In this document: positions 17,782 to 26,031 of the stretch, in pieces
How the letters are laid out: the number at the start of each line of letters is the position of its first letter
Position numbering within the stretch: the first letter of the stretch is position 1
Source of the DNA: a virus
Taxonomy: Duplodnaviria; Caudoviricetes
IMG/VR virus record: IMGVR_UViG_3300035200_000103
Location: 1 to 39,706 of that record
Strand: one strand, 5' to 3'
DNA length: 39,706 nucleotides
Program-made: the position numbers and the translations under genes
Notes under the pieces: generated by a model
Seen by the model: the letters and a program-made list of their open reading frames with translations, nothing else
Told to the model about the DNA's origin: nothing
Databases searched by the model: none

Positions 17782-17982
17782 TCACGCCTCTGTGGTTTCG
17801 CTGGTCTTCTTCTTTCGGTTTTCTTTCCACTCGGAGATGAGAGACACCGCGTATCCGGCTGCCAACAGCCCCGCGATCGTGCCGCCTGCTGCGGCGGCCG
17901 AGATCGCGAAAGCTTCGGCGGCCTGACGGCCGACGGACTTCTCATCTGTGGTGGAACCATCAACCGAGTAGAAGTTCTCCAT
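17782..17982 (-). CDS. small membrane protein (cassette gene, 66 aa)
   Basis: RBS repeat; TM AGLLAA..AVS; related to 16309-16482. Confidence 0.78.
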   Translation of the reverse strand: MENFYSVDGSTTDEKSVGRQAAEAFAISAAAAGGTIAGLLAAGYAVSLISEWKENRKKKTSETTEA

Positions 17983-17991
17983 GTTCTTCTT

Positions 17992-18033
17992 CCTTTCGTA
18001 GGGTTCTCATTACATGACGTGTAAATTGTACGA
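17992..18033 (-). promoter_or_regulatory. phage promoter-like motif plus leader/RBS
   Basis: TCGTACAATTTACACGTCATGTAATGAGAACCCTACGAAAGG. Confidence 0.85.
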
Positions 18034-18037
18034 GAAG

Positions 18038-18110
18038 TGCCCCCAGCAGGACTCGAACCTGCAACCTACGGATTAAAAGTCCGCAGCTCTACCAATTGAG
18101 CTATAGGGGC
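18038..18110 (-). tRNA. tRNA-Lys(UUU)
   Basis: 73-nt cloverleaf: GCCCCUA/UGGGGGC acceptor, UAGCUCAAUUGGUAGAGC D arm, CUUUUAA anticodon loop, GGUUCGAGUCC T arm; CCA not encoded. Confidence 0.95.
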
Positions 18111-18213
18111 AAAAAAAGAAAGAGAGGTGACAGCCCACTGAAAACTGTCTTTCGCCGGGTGGGGATGAACCCACGCATTCGTGTCTCGGCATTCACTTTC
18201 GTGAATCTCTCTC
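18111..18213 (-). ncRNA. candidate ~100-nt multibranch RNA upstream of tRNA
   Basis: AGAGAG/CUCUCU closing stem; AUUCAC-GAAA-GUGAAU; GCCG..GUGGG/CCCAC..CGGC; GACAG/CUGUC; U7 tail. Confidence 0.55.
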
Positions 18214-18240
18214 TCATTATAAACCGTGTAAAACGTACGA
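18214..18240 (-). promoter_or_regulatory. phage promoter-like motif (no RBS leader)
   Basis: TCGTACGTTTTACACGGTTTATAATGA. Confidence 0.85.
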
Positions 18241-18246
18241 GCAAAA

Positions 18247-18271
18247 CCTAAACCCCATGTGGGGCTTAGGC
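18247..18271 (-). terminator. cassette-closing hairpin
   Basis: cctaaaccccatgtggggcttaggc. Confidence 0.8.
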
Positions 18272-18276
18272 TTTGA

Positions 18277-18492
18277 TCACTCCTCTGATGCAGCTTCGTA
18301 GTCCTCAATCAAGCTTTCGAGCGCTTCCAACCAGAGGTTCTTTTCCTTCGAATCCTCCGGGTCTTCAAGCCACCCATCCTTCAAACCGGCTAGTGCTATA
18401 GCCATGTTTCCGGTGGTAAGCTCGTCGAGCGGAAAATGCTTGAGAAACTCTCTGGTCACTTCTCTTTCGATAATCTTCTTCTTGAAGTACAT
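18277..18492 (-). CDS. small hypothetical protein (cassette gene)
   Basis: Between RBS repeat and hairpin. Confidence 0.78.
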   Translation of the reverse strand: MYFKKKIIEREVTREFLKHFPLDELTTGNMAIALAGLKDGWLEDPEDSKEKNLWLEALESLIEDYEAASEE

Positions 18493-18500
18493 ACTCTCTT

Positions 18501-18543
18501 CCTTTCGTAGGGGGTCTCATTACATGGCATGTATATAGTACGA
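18501..18543 (-). promoter_or_regulatory. phage promoter-like motif plus leader/RBS
   Basis: TCGTACTATATACATGCCATGTAATGAGACCCCCTACGAAAGG. Confidence 0.85.
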
Positions 18544-18549
18544 GAAAAA

Positions 18550-18574
18550 CCTAAACCCCATGTGGGGCTTAGGC
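18550..18574 (-). terminator. cassette-closing hairpin
   Basis: cctaaaccccatgtggggcttaggc. Confidence 0.8.
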
Positions 18575-18581
18575 TTTGAAA

Positions 18582-18809
18582 TCACTTTCCTAGGATCTCC
18601 AGCACTGTGTCCTGTGTTGCTTTCATCCACAGCACTTCGAGCGCGGCCCTCATCAGAGGTGACATAACACTTCCGTTCGTCCTCTGCTGGGCCAAGAGCA
18701 TCTCCTCAATGAGGTCTCTCTTGTCCCTTGCCGACGAACATCCAGCGTTTGCCAACTCTGCGTCGAGCCTACGCTCAATGGCTGCCATGAAAACATCGGC
18801 ATCCGACAT
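18582..18809 (-). CDS. small hypothetical protein (cassette gene)
   Basis: Between RBS repeat and hairpin. Confidence 0.78.
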   Translation of the reverse strand: MSDADVFMAAIERRLDAELANAGCSSARDKRDLIEEMLLAQQRTNGSVMSPLMRAALEVLWMKATQDTVLEILGK

Positions 18810-18819
18810 GTTCTTTCTT

Positions 18820-18861
18820 CCTTTCGTAGGGGTCTCATTATAAGGCTTGTAAAATGTACGA
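18820..18861 (-). promoter_or_regulatory. phage promoter-like motif plus leader/RBS
   Basis: TCGTACATTTTACAAGCCTTATAATGAGACCCCTACGAAAGG. Confidence 0.85.
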
Positions 18862-18936
18862 CTAACAAAATATATGCTCTTATAGCAAAATCGTATAATT
18901 TAAAAATTATTAATTTTTACGTTAAAAATAGAAAAA

Positions 18937-18962
18937 CCTAGATCCCATGTTCGGGATCTAGG
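18937..18962 (-). terminator. cassette-closing hairpin
   Basis: cctagatccc-atgttc-gggatctagg plus U-tract. Confidence 0.8.
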
Positions 18963-18986
18963 CTTTGATATCCTACCAGTCGTTCC

Positions 18987-19283
18987 TCAGCGCGATTTCA
19001 GAACAAAGCTAACGGCTTTTGACGTTATCACGTTGGCTCGTTCGTATCCAACTATCACGCAAATTCCCAGTAGGTTGGCGGCAACGATGGCCAGTGTGTC
19101 TGGGCTAGGCGTCCGAAGGGATCGCCGGTTTTCCCGGTCGATCCCCTTCAGTTCGTATAGCTTTCTCAACTGGTCAGTCATTGCCGCAAATTCTGGGGCA
19201 TCGGCCGTGAAGCCGGAAAGTTCATCGAGCACGTTGTCAATCACAATCTCAAGCCGTGTTGGCTCCTTCTGTTTGCGCTTCAT
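18987..19283 (-). CDS. phage membrane protein (SPDTL..AANLLGI..I.GYE..V.TSKA)
   Basis: ATG 19283 after GAAAGGAG; C-terminal TM. Confidence 0.8.
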   Translation of the reverse strand: MKRKQKEPTRLEIVIDNVLDELSGFTADAPEFAAMTDQLRKLYELKGIDRENRRSLRTPSPDTLAIVAANLLGICVIVGYERANVITSKAVSFVLKSR

Positions 19284-19290
19284 GGCATCT

Positions 19291-19332
19291 CCTTTCGTAG
19301 GGGTCTCATTACATGGCATGTATAATATACGA
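19291..19332 (-). promoter_or_regulatory. phage promoter-like motif plus leader/RBS (first of the array)
   Basis: TCGTATATTATACATGCCATGTAATGAGACCCCTACGAAAGG. Confidence 0.85.
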
Positions 19333-19335
19333 CCC

Positions 19336-19545
19336 CTACACGGGAAGTTTCTTCACCTTAAATATAACTCTTTTACGCTCGGACAACTCCTCCGGGGAAA
19401 CTTCGAGCTCCAAAGAAAATACCTTACGACCGTCTTCAAACTCCTCGAGAATCATAGATCCGTCCGAACGAGTTCTATACCACAGAAAAAATGCAAGCAC
19501 AAGAGAAAGAACCGAAACTGCTGCGAGAAGAATATCCATAATCAC
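19336..19545 (-). CDS. small single-TM protein at end of tail operon (possibly holin-related)
   Basis: N-terminal TM; DG..FSLELE..PEEL...V.FKV C-terminus; function uncertain. Confidence 0.6.
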   Translation of the reverse strand: MIMDILLAAVSVLSLVLAFFLWYRTRSDGSMILEEFEDGRKVFSLELEVSPEELSERKRVIFKVKKLPV

Positions 19546-19550
19546 CCATT

Positions 19551-20735
19551 TCAGTTACCTGATACGTGAGTAAGCGTAGGATAGCTAGCAACGCCATTCT
19601 CGTCCTCTGAATGAATAAATTCGGTAACCCTGGCCGTGGTCCAGACACCATGAAGACCTCGAATGGTGATGAGGTCTCCAAGGAAATAATCTTGGTTGAA
19701 CCGAAAGCCAACTTGTGGAGAAACTTCACCGTCGGCAAGACGAAGTTTTACATGCTCCTTAAGCTTAATTTTCGCAAAGGCAGTTATAAAAGCTTCCCAA
19801 GTTTGTGGCGTAAAACCTTCCTCTGCCTGTCCGCCATCCAAATATAGAACGCGACGAGAGAATCCAGACGGGTCGTCGTTGTCACGAACAAGAAGCGCCT
19901 TATCGTCGAGCACCACATGTGCTTCAGTTTTTAAATTTGTTTCAGATATAACAATCTCTGGAGAAATTAGATCTCCACCTTCAGCATCAAGAATAATCGG
20001 TTGCACAAGTGTTTGGTCGTTAGTACGATCAGTACCCTTATAAATATCGAAGCAAAGCTTAGTAATTGACTCACGTCTTGTTGCTGTAATTACACCGCTC
20101 ATATTTACTGAAACAACCCAAGAACTGGATGTTGGGCGAACCATACGAAAACCATAAGGCTTGTTGGCGAGATAATCTAAAATGGGTGTTGAGATTGGCC
20201 CCGGATCAAGCCATCTCGGAATCTTTAAACCATCATTTGTTTCTGCAATTTCTCCGGTACTGTCAGTAATTGCAGAATTCGCGACAGCATCTTTGACGTT
20301 TTTATGAGGAACTGTTTTAAGAACCGTATAATCGAAGGTCGTTGCGTTGACAAACGAGTTGAATAGTAGAATAATAACAGATCCAAGATCGCTCTGAGTC
20401 ATCGCTTCGAACTTAGTTCCTCTAATTTCGCCAATAACTCGGTGTTCAATAAAAGAAGTAACAGAACGCCCAGTAACCGTCAAGGTCTGAAAACCTTTTG
20501 AGTCAACATCGATCGTGTGTTTTTCAACAATCATTACTTCGGGAGAACCGCGGAGTCCAAGAAGTGTTCCGAGTGGTAGTTTGCTAAGCGTTTCTTGGAC
20601 CAGTACGGTTTTCAGAACAAAATCTGAATGACCAAAAAACTTCTCATTCCAAATAAGAGACTTGTATCTCTGAATCGGAGCATTAACTGGATACCAGGTA
20701 ACTGGGTTTAATACAGTAAGATCGAGACCTGCCAT
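19551..20735 (-). CDS. minor tail protein, ReqiPepy6 Gp37-like (tail hub)
   Basis: YKSLIWNEK.....F; DYFLGD.I...ARVTEFIHSEDENG; follows Dit. Confidence 0.8.
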   Translation of the reverse strand: MAGLDLTVLNPVTWYPVNAPIQRYKSLIWNEKFFGHSDFVLKTVLVQETLSKLPLGTLLGLRGSPEVMIVEKHTIDVDSKGFQTLTVTGRSVTSFIEHRVIGEIRGTKFEAMTQSDLGSVIILLFNSFVNATTFDYTVLKTVPHKNVKDAVANSAITDSTGEIAETNDGLKIPRWLDPGPISTPILDYLANKPYGFRMVRPTSSSWVVSVNMSGVITATRRESITKLCFDIYKGTDRTNDQTLVQPIILDAEGGDLISPEIVISETNLKTEAHVVLDDKALLVRDNDDPSGFSRRVLYLDGGQAEEGFTPQTWEAFITAFAKIKLKEHVKLRLADGEVSPQVGFRFNQDYFLGDLITIRGLHGVWTTARVTEFIHSEDENGVASYPTLTHVSGN

Positions 20736-20736
20736 G

Positions 20737-21561
20737 TCAGATCCCCCAATATTGCAAAAGATACTCGAATTTCAGCCATGTGATATTGGATTGGTGTCTA
20801 ATGTTAATCGTATGAATCCCACCATATAAATATAACCATTGCGAATCATTCGAAAGAATTTCAAGATACTGCGCATAGACTCCGCCTTTCTTTAGCCCAA
20901 TAAATCTTGATGATTCGTTTGTGTCAACAACAAGAACATCACCAATTTCGAAATGGGCATTAAACGTCATCTTTACGCCATCGGTAACCCAAATTTCAAA
21001 CATTTTTGCGCTATCGACAAACTGGGCCTCAAAACTGATGCCCGTTGGAGCACGACCAACATTATCGATTGTCCAGCTGGAAGCCCCAAGAATATTGTTT
21101 GTAATGTTCTTTGGTTCAAGCGCAGCCAAATATGGGCTAAGACAAGAAATTGTTATCTGAATCTGTGGCTCTTTGTTGAATGGGACTACCTCGATGTTTT
21201 TTACATATCCCGTTGTTTTTACAACAGGAACATTATCCAAAAGAAGAAAGACAGTAACAACATCACGAATATCTTGACCTGGACTTAGCAAACCATACAA
21301 CATATAACGCAAATCAGAGACTGTTTGTCCAAGTTGATAGTTTGGGTTTAACCCGGCAAGAATAACAATCTCACGCCCCTGGGCTCGACGGTTTACATAA
21401 ATTCCACCAGGGGTATGAGTTTCCGCGAGTAACAGTTCGAGCTCAGGGGGACCAAGACCATCAATGGCAGTAACTTGAAACGGCTCCGAAACAGATGACC
21501 CAATAATTGGAATTTCAATGTCCGTAAGCCCAGAGAGACGGATCGCGTCGAAATAAATCAT
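20737..21561 (-). CDS. distal tail (Dit-like) protein
   Basis: Immediately after TMP; IDGLGPP..REIV..C.SPY motifs. Confidence 0.75.
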   Translation of the reverse strand: MIYFDAIRLSGLTDIEIPIIGSSVSEPFQVTAIDGLGPPELELLLAETHTPGGIYVNRRAQGREIVILAGLNPNYQLGQTVSDLRYMLYGLLSPGQDIRDVVTVFLLLDNVPVVKTTGYVKNIEVVPFNKEPQIQITISCLSPYLAALEPKNITNNILGASSWTIDNVGRAPTGISFEAQFVDSAKMFEIWVTDGVKMTFNAHFEIGDVLVVDTNESSRFIGLKKGGVYAQYLEILSNDSQWLYLYGGIHTINIRHQSNITWLKFEYLLQYWGI

Positions 21562-24500
21562 GCCACCAGAGCTCCCTTCGCCAATGACAACTGATTACGC
21601 GTATTTCGATAAATTTCAATTGTCGACAACGCTTCGGGCGAGTAATTGTTCTGTACAAACTCAACCTTCGTCGTTCCTGTTTCGGCGATCTTTCCGTCAA
21701 AGGCTTCTGTTTTCTCGGCCGAGATAGACGAGGCCTGAGAATATGACACGCCAGCAGAAATTGTGGAGTTGCCGAGCATTTTATTCATCACAGAAACTTC
21801 TTTAGAAACCTGTGAAAGATCCATAACTGGAGTTATAACTGGACGTGCGTCAAGCCCTTCGAAAATAAGAGCTGAAAGGCCTCGCATAGACTCCTGCAAA
21901 GAAGTCAATGCTGTATCGCCAACCTTTTCTGAAGCTTTAGCGATGAGACCACCCGTATTGGATAGACCAATAACCATGCCAAGACCAGACTGCTTGCCAA
22001 TATACATGAATGCTTTCGAAGGCGAACTGATTCCAAGAACATTCTTTGCCGCTTGAACCGCACTCTGCGCTGCACCTTTTGCCGCGTTAACAAGACTGCC
22101 TACCTTAGACGCAATTCCTCCAGTCATACCATCAATTATAGCGACGCCAAGATCCTTCCCCGCCGCACGAAGCTGAGGTGCATATTTGTTGATTGAAGCA
22201 GTGACTGAGTTAACAAACACAATAATAGTTCTCATACCTTCATCAGCTATTCGACTCATATTGGAAGCAATGCCCTTGATGAAGGCAATGATAGTATCTG
22301 TTCCGGCGCGCAGAATTCGAGGCATCTCATCGCCAATGCCTTTAATAAAGGCGACGATGATATCTGCACCCTTCCTAATAATTTCCGGCATGTTCTGACT
22401 GATTCCGCTCATGAACTCGATCATCATATCAAAACCGAGCTTAAGCATCTGCGGGAAATATTCGGGAACAGTTTTGAGAATTTCTTCCATAATCTTACGG
22501 AACAGCTCTCCGAACAACGGAATATTGTCAATCCCAGCTTGAAGCATGGCCCCAAGAATGGCGCTAAACGCAGCAATAAGTTTTGGCGCAGATTCGGCGA
22601 GAACCAAAGCAAATTCAACAAATCCTTCAGCGAATGCTTTTGCTGCGTCTGGGATCATCCTAACAATATTTTCGAGCATTGTCGTAATGTTTTCGGTTCC
22701 GTTTGCTGCGGCGGCCGAAGCCACTTCTATTGCCGTAGCAAATAGGAAGGCTGCAGTAGCAACAAGCGCAAGACCTGCGCCGAAAACAACAAGCGCAGCT
22801 CCGCCGGCCAACAGTAAGGGTGAAGCTAAGCCGAATACAGCTGCTGCTACGCCCAGAACAGTCAAACCCGCAGCCAATGCGACAAGAGATCTACCAATCT
22901 CGCCCCAGTCCATGGTGCCCATGAGTTTAAGCGCACCAGCAAGAATTGAAATTGAGGCAGCAATAACAATCATTGCCGCGGCGCCGACCAATCCTGCTTG
23001 GATGAACGTAAGCGCGCCAACGATAATGCCTAGCGCGCCGGCAAGCGTAATCAAACCCTTGGCTATCTCTTCAACAGACATGCCTCCAAAATCTTGGACG
23101 ACATCTGCGATTTGACCCAAAGCAATAGAGAGTACAACAAGTCCTGCCGCGGTAACGAACATATTCTTTGGCATAAGACGCATAACGCCAGCCAAGATAG
23201 CCAAGGAACTGGCAATTGCCAAAAGCCCCTTTCCGATCTCAGAAAGCTTAAGTCCGCCAAATTTCTCGACCGCATTGGCAAGAATAACCAAAGAGTTTGC
23301 AATTATAACAAGACCAACGGCTTGCAAGACCATGCCTTTAGGCATTATTTTGATTGCGCCAGCCAAGATTAGGAGAGAGGTTGCAACTCCAGTAAGACCC
23401 TTGGCCAAATCGCCCAAAGAAAGCCCGCCGAACTTCTCAACGGCTTCAGCCATGATGACTAAAGCTGTTGAAAGAACCATCAAATTAAAGCCCACGCGAA
23501 GCATTCCCTTTGCGCCACCAGAAAGAAGCTTAACGGCGCCGATTAGCAAACCAAGACCCCCAGCGACACCCACAAGACCCTTGGCGAGCTCTCCCCAACT
23601 TAGCCCAGCCAGAACCTTCATCGATGCGCTAAGAATAAGCATTGCGGATGCTAGGAGAACCAGACCAGAGGCAAGAAGTGGGAGTCCAACGACGCCCTTC
23701 ATGCCGCCCATCTTAGTCAATATAACCATAGCGCCCATTAGAGCGCTCATGCCCGCAGCTACGCCGGTCATTGCAGTAGCAAGTCTTCCAGGGTCAATTG
23801 TAGACATGACGACCAGCGAAGCAGCCAAGATGGCAATTGCTCCGGCAATCTTCAAAAGAGCGTCAGCTTTTAGATTGGTCTGCATTCCTTCAAGAACGCC
23901 AGTAAGCGCCGAAAGAGAGTTCTTGAGCTCACTGATAAATCCTCCGCCAAAATCAATCCCAAGCTCGCCCTTAATCCCCTTACGAAGAGAGAGAGCGATA
24001 GCCGCAAGAGACCCTGATGCAATTCCTCCAAAGACTGCGTTCCAGTCAATGTCTCCGATAGCTCCTGCTAGATCGCCAACCATAGCAACTGCAAAATCCT
24101 TTATGGCAGTAATCGCAGGTGTTACGAATTCTGCAAAGTGAGTAAAGGCCTCGCTAAGCCTAAAGACTCCATCTCTAACGCCGTCTAGCAACCCGCCAAA
24201 CAACTCAAACGAAGGTATGCCTTCGTTCAGACCGGTAAAGAAATCGCCAACCACGGCCGCGAAAGACCCAAAGCTTCCAATTCCAGAAAATATAACGCCG
24301 ACAAGATCCATCAAGAAACCAGCAACAGCTTTAATAACCTTTGCGCCGATTGAAAATATAGAAAAAACGCCAGTGAGAACGCGTTCTAGATTTTCCAACG
24401 CTTTCTCGCTTGGCTTAAGCTGTTCGGTAAAATCTCGGAAACTCTTTGACATCTCGGCTAGACGTTCTGAAGTAGCCGCCGGAAAGACATTACGAAAAGC

Positions 24501-25649
24501 GTCCCCAACTGCGCCTATAATATCACCAAGAGCACTAAATGCATTCTTGAATCCTTCAATTGCTGCCGCTCTGCCACCCAAATCGGACCAGCCTTGAAGA
24601 AGGTTGTTCCGTGCGTCGGCTGTTCTTTCAACAAAACCACTCAATGCAGCATTAATATCGGTGAAAAGCGTCTTTGCTTCTTCGAAGTCTCCAATGATGA
24701 TTTCAAAAGATCTCGCAAAGCCGGAGCCAACCGACTCCTTCAGAGTAGCCATCAACTGAGAGAAAGTTTTGACATCCTGTGCCGCAGCGAAAGCTCTTTT
24801 ACCGATCTCTGTGGTTTCGTCAGCATAGTTCCCAAGAGTTGTTGTGAGAACTTCCGTCGTCAACCATTGATCGGTAAGTGACTCATTAAACCCTTTAGTG
24901 GCAGACACAACGCTGCCAGACATTGTGACATAGCCCTCTGTGGTCTTTGTCAACGTTCCCATTGCAACGCCGGCATCGATCAGTTGTTGCTTGAACTCTT
25001 TCGTGCCCATGTTAGCTAGCTCGATCGACTTCCAGTCCATAAGCTGGACGTGGCCCTTGGAAAGAGCCTGGGCGAAGTTGTACATCGCCCTCGAAGCCTC
25101 GTTAGCGTTCGCTCCCGAAAGCGCCGCAACGTTTGCCACGCCTTGAATAGCAGCGACTGAAACGTCAAGACTAAGACCCGCGTTTGTAAATTTCCCGATG
25201 TTCTGGGTCATGTCGGCAAATGAGTAAATAGTCTTGTCAGCGTAAGCGTTAAGCTCTTCGAGTTTTCGGTTAACGACCTCTAGGGACTCGCCAGACCCAG
25301 CCATAATGGTCTGGATCGCCCCCATTTTGAGCTCATACTCTTTAAAGCCAGCAGTGACCTGATCAAGACTAAGAGATTTCGTAATACTGATGCCTGCGTC
25401 GATTGCTCGGTTTGTGATGTTAGAAAGAGCCGTAATTGCAATCGTAGCCATGGCAGCAAAGGAAGCACTGACCTTTTGTGTTGATGACTCAACCGAGTTC
25501 ATGTTGAACTTGTCAGCCTCAACCTGGGCTTCTTTCATACCAGCAGCGTTCTTCAACTTCTGAAGAGCACCGATGGTCGCTGCAGTAGCACTCATAAAGT
25601 CACGGTTGTCAAACTTTATGGAAACAATTCGACTATCAATAATTGCCAT
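21558..25649 (-). CDS. tape measure protein
   Basis: ~1360 aa Ala/Gly-rich amphipathic repeats; YADKTIYSF; ISSPSKAF; TAATG coupling at 25649. Confidence 0.92.
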   Translation of the reverse strand: MAIIDSRIVSIKFDNRDFMSATAATIGALQKLKNAAGMKEAQVEADKFNMNSVESSTQKVSASFAAMATIAITALSNITNRAIDAGISITKSLSLDQVTAGFKEYELKMGAIQTIMAGSGESLEVVNRKLEELNAYADKTIYSFADMTQNIGKFTNAGLSLDVSVAAIQGVANVAALSGANANEASRAMYNFAQALSKGHVQLMDWKSIELANMGTKEFKQQLIDAGVAMGTLTKTTEGYVTMSGSVVSATKGFNESLTDQWLTTEVLTTTLGNYADETTEIGKRAFAAAQDVKTFSQLMATLKESVGSGFARSFEIIIGDFEEAKTLFTDINAALSGFVERTADARNNLLQGWSDLGGRAAAIEGFKNAFSALGDIIGAVGDAFRNVFPAATSERLAEMSKSFRDFTEQLKPSEKALENLERVLTGVFSIFSIGAKVIKAVAGFLMDLVGVIFSGIGSFGSFAAVVGDFFTGLNEGIPSFELFGGLLDGVRDGVFRLSEAFTHFAEFVTPAITAIKDFAVAMVGDLAGAIGDIDWNAVFGGIASGSLAAIALSLRKGIKGELGIDFGGGFISELKNSLSALTGVLEGMQTNLKADALLKIAGAIAILAASLVVMSTIDPGRLATAMTGVAAGMSALMGAMVILTKMGGMKGVVGLPLLASGLVLLASAMLILSASMKVLAGLSWGELAKGLVGVAGGLGLLIGAVKLLSGGAKGMLRVGFNLMVLSTALVIMAEAVEKFGGLSLGDLAKGLTGVATSLLILAGAIKIMPKGMVLQAVGLVIIANSLVILANAVEKFGGLKLSEIGKGLLAIASSLAILAGVMRLMPKNMFVTAAGLVVLSIALGQIADVVQDFGGMSVEEIAKGLITLAGALGIIVGALTFIQAGLVGAAAMIVIAASISILAGALKLMGTMDWGEIGRSLVALAAGLTVLGVAAAVFGLASPLLLAGGAALVVFGAGLALVATAAFLFATAIEVASAAAANGTENITTMLENIVRMIPDAAKAFAEGFVEFALVLAESAPKLIAAFSAILGAMLQAGIDNIPLFGELFRKIMEEILKTVPEYFPQMLKLGFDMMIEFMSGISQNMPEIIRKGADIIVAFIKGIGDEMPRILRAGTDTIIAFIKGIASNMSRIADEGMRTIIVFVNSVTASINKYAPQLRAAGKDLGVAIIDGMTGGIASKVGSLVNAAKGAAQSAVQAAKNVLGISSPSKAFMYIGKQSGLGMVIGLSNTGGLIAKASEKVGDTALTSLQESMRGLSALIFEGLDARPVITPVMDLSQVSKEVSVMNKMLGNSTISAGVSYSQASSISAEKTEAFDGKIAETGTTKVEFVQNNYSPEALSTIEIYRNTRNQLSLAKGALVA

Positions 25650-26023
25650 TACGCCATCACCTCCCTCCAAGCGTCGGCAGCCATTCGGTCAAACACTGGT
25701 CTTAATGCCGGATTAATGTAGTCTCGACCACTGACATACCCGCCCGTACCCGTTCCGTGCCCAAACTGAAGAAGAACAGCAATTGGAGTTGTTCCGCCCA
25801 TGTGGCTGTTGCCCCAGCCAATTGAGTAATAGCCCTTGTTCATCTCAATGTCGTAGTACCATGATCGGGAAGTTTCTCCCGTATCCTTTGGCGTAGCCGC
25901 AGCAAGTGCTTGGCAACCAATTTCGCCATAACGGCTAAGTGTTGCGAAAATGTCTTGTGAAGCCATCCTCTTCAACCACTTTTCCGTTACTTCATAATCA
26001 CCACTAGCTTCGAAAGTGATCAT
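25649..26023 (-). CDS. tail completion/neck protein (HK97 gp10-like)
   Basis: TPKDTGET..SW; QFGHGT; DYINPA. Confidence 0.7.
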   Translation of the reverse strand: MITFEASGDYEVTEKWLKRMASQDIFATLSRYGEIGCQALAAATPKDTGETSRSWYYDIEMNKGYYSIGWGNSHMGGTTPIAVLLQFGHGTGTGGYVSGRDYINPALRPVFDRMAADAWREVMA

Positions 26024-26031
26024 TCCGCCTC

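Noticed and set aside
18111-18213. Hammerhead ribozyme
   Set aside because: CGAAA follows a stem, but the required CUGANGA core is absent
15262-19332. CRISPR array or integron
   Set aside because: Intervals are 170-300+ bp ORFs or RNAs of variable length; repeats resolve into promoter, RBS and hairpin; no cas operon or tyrosine integrase seen
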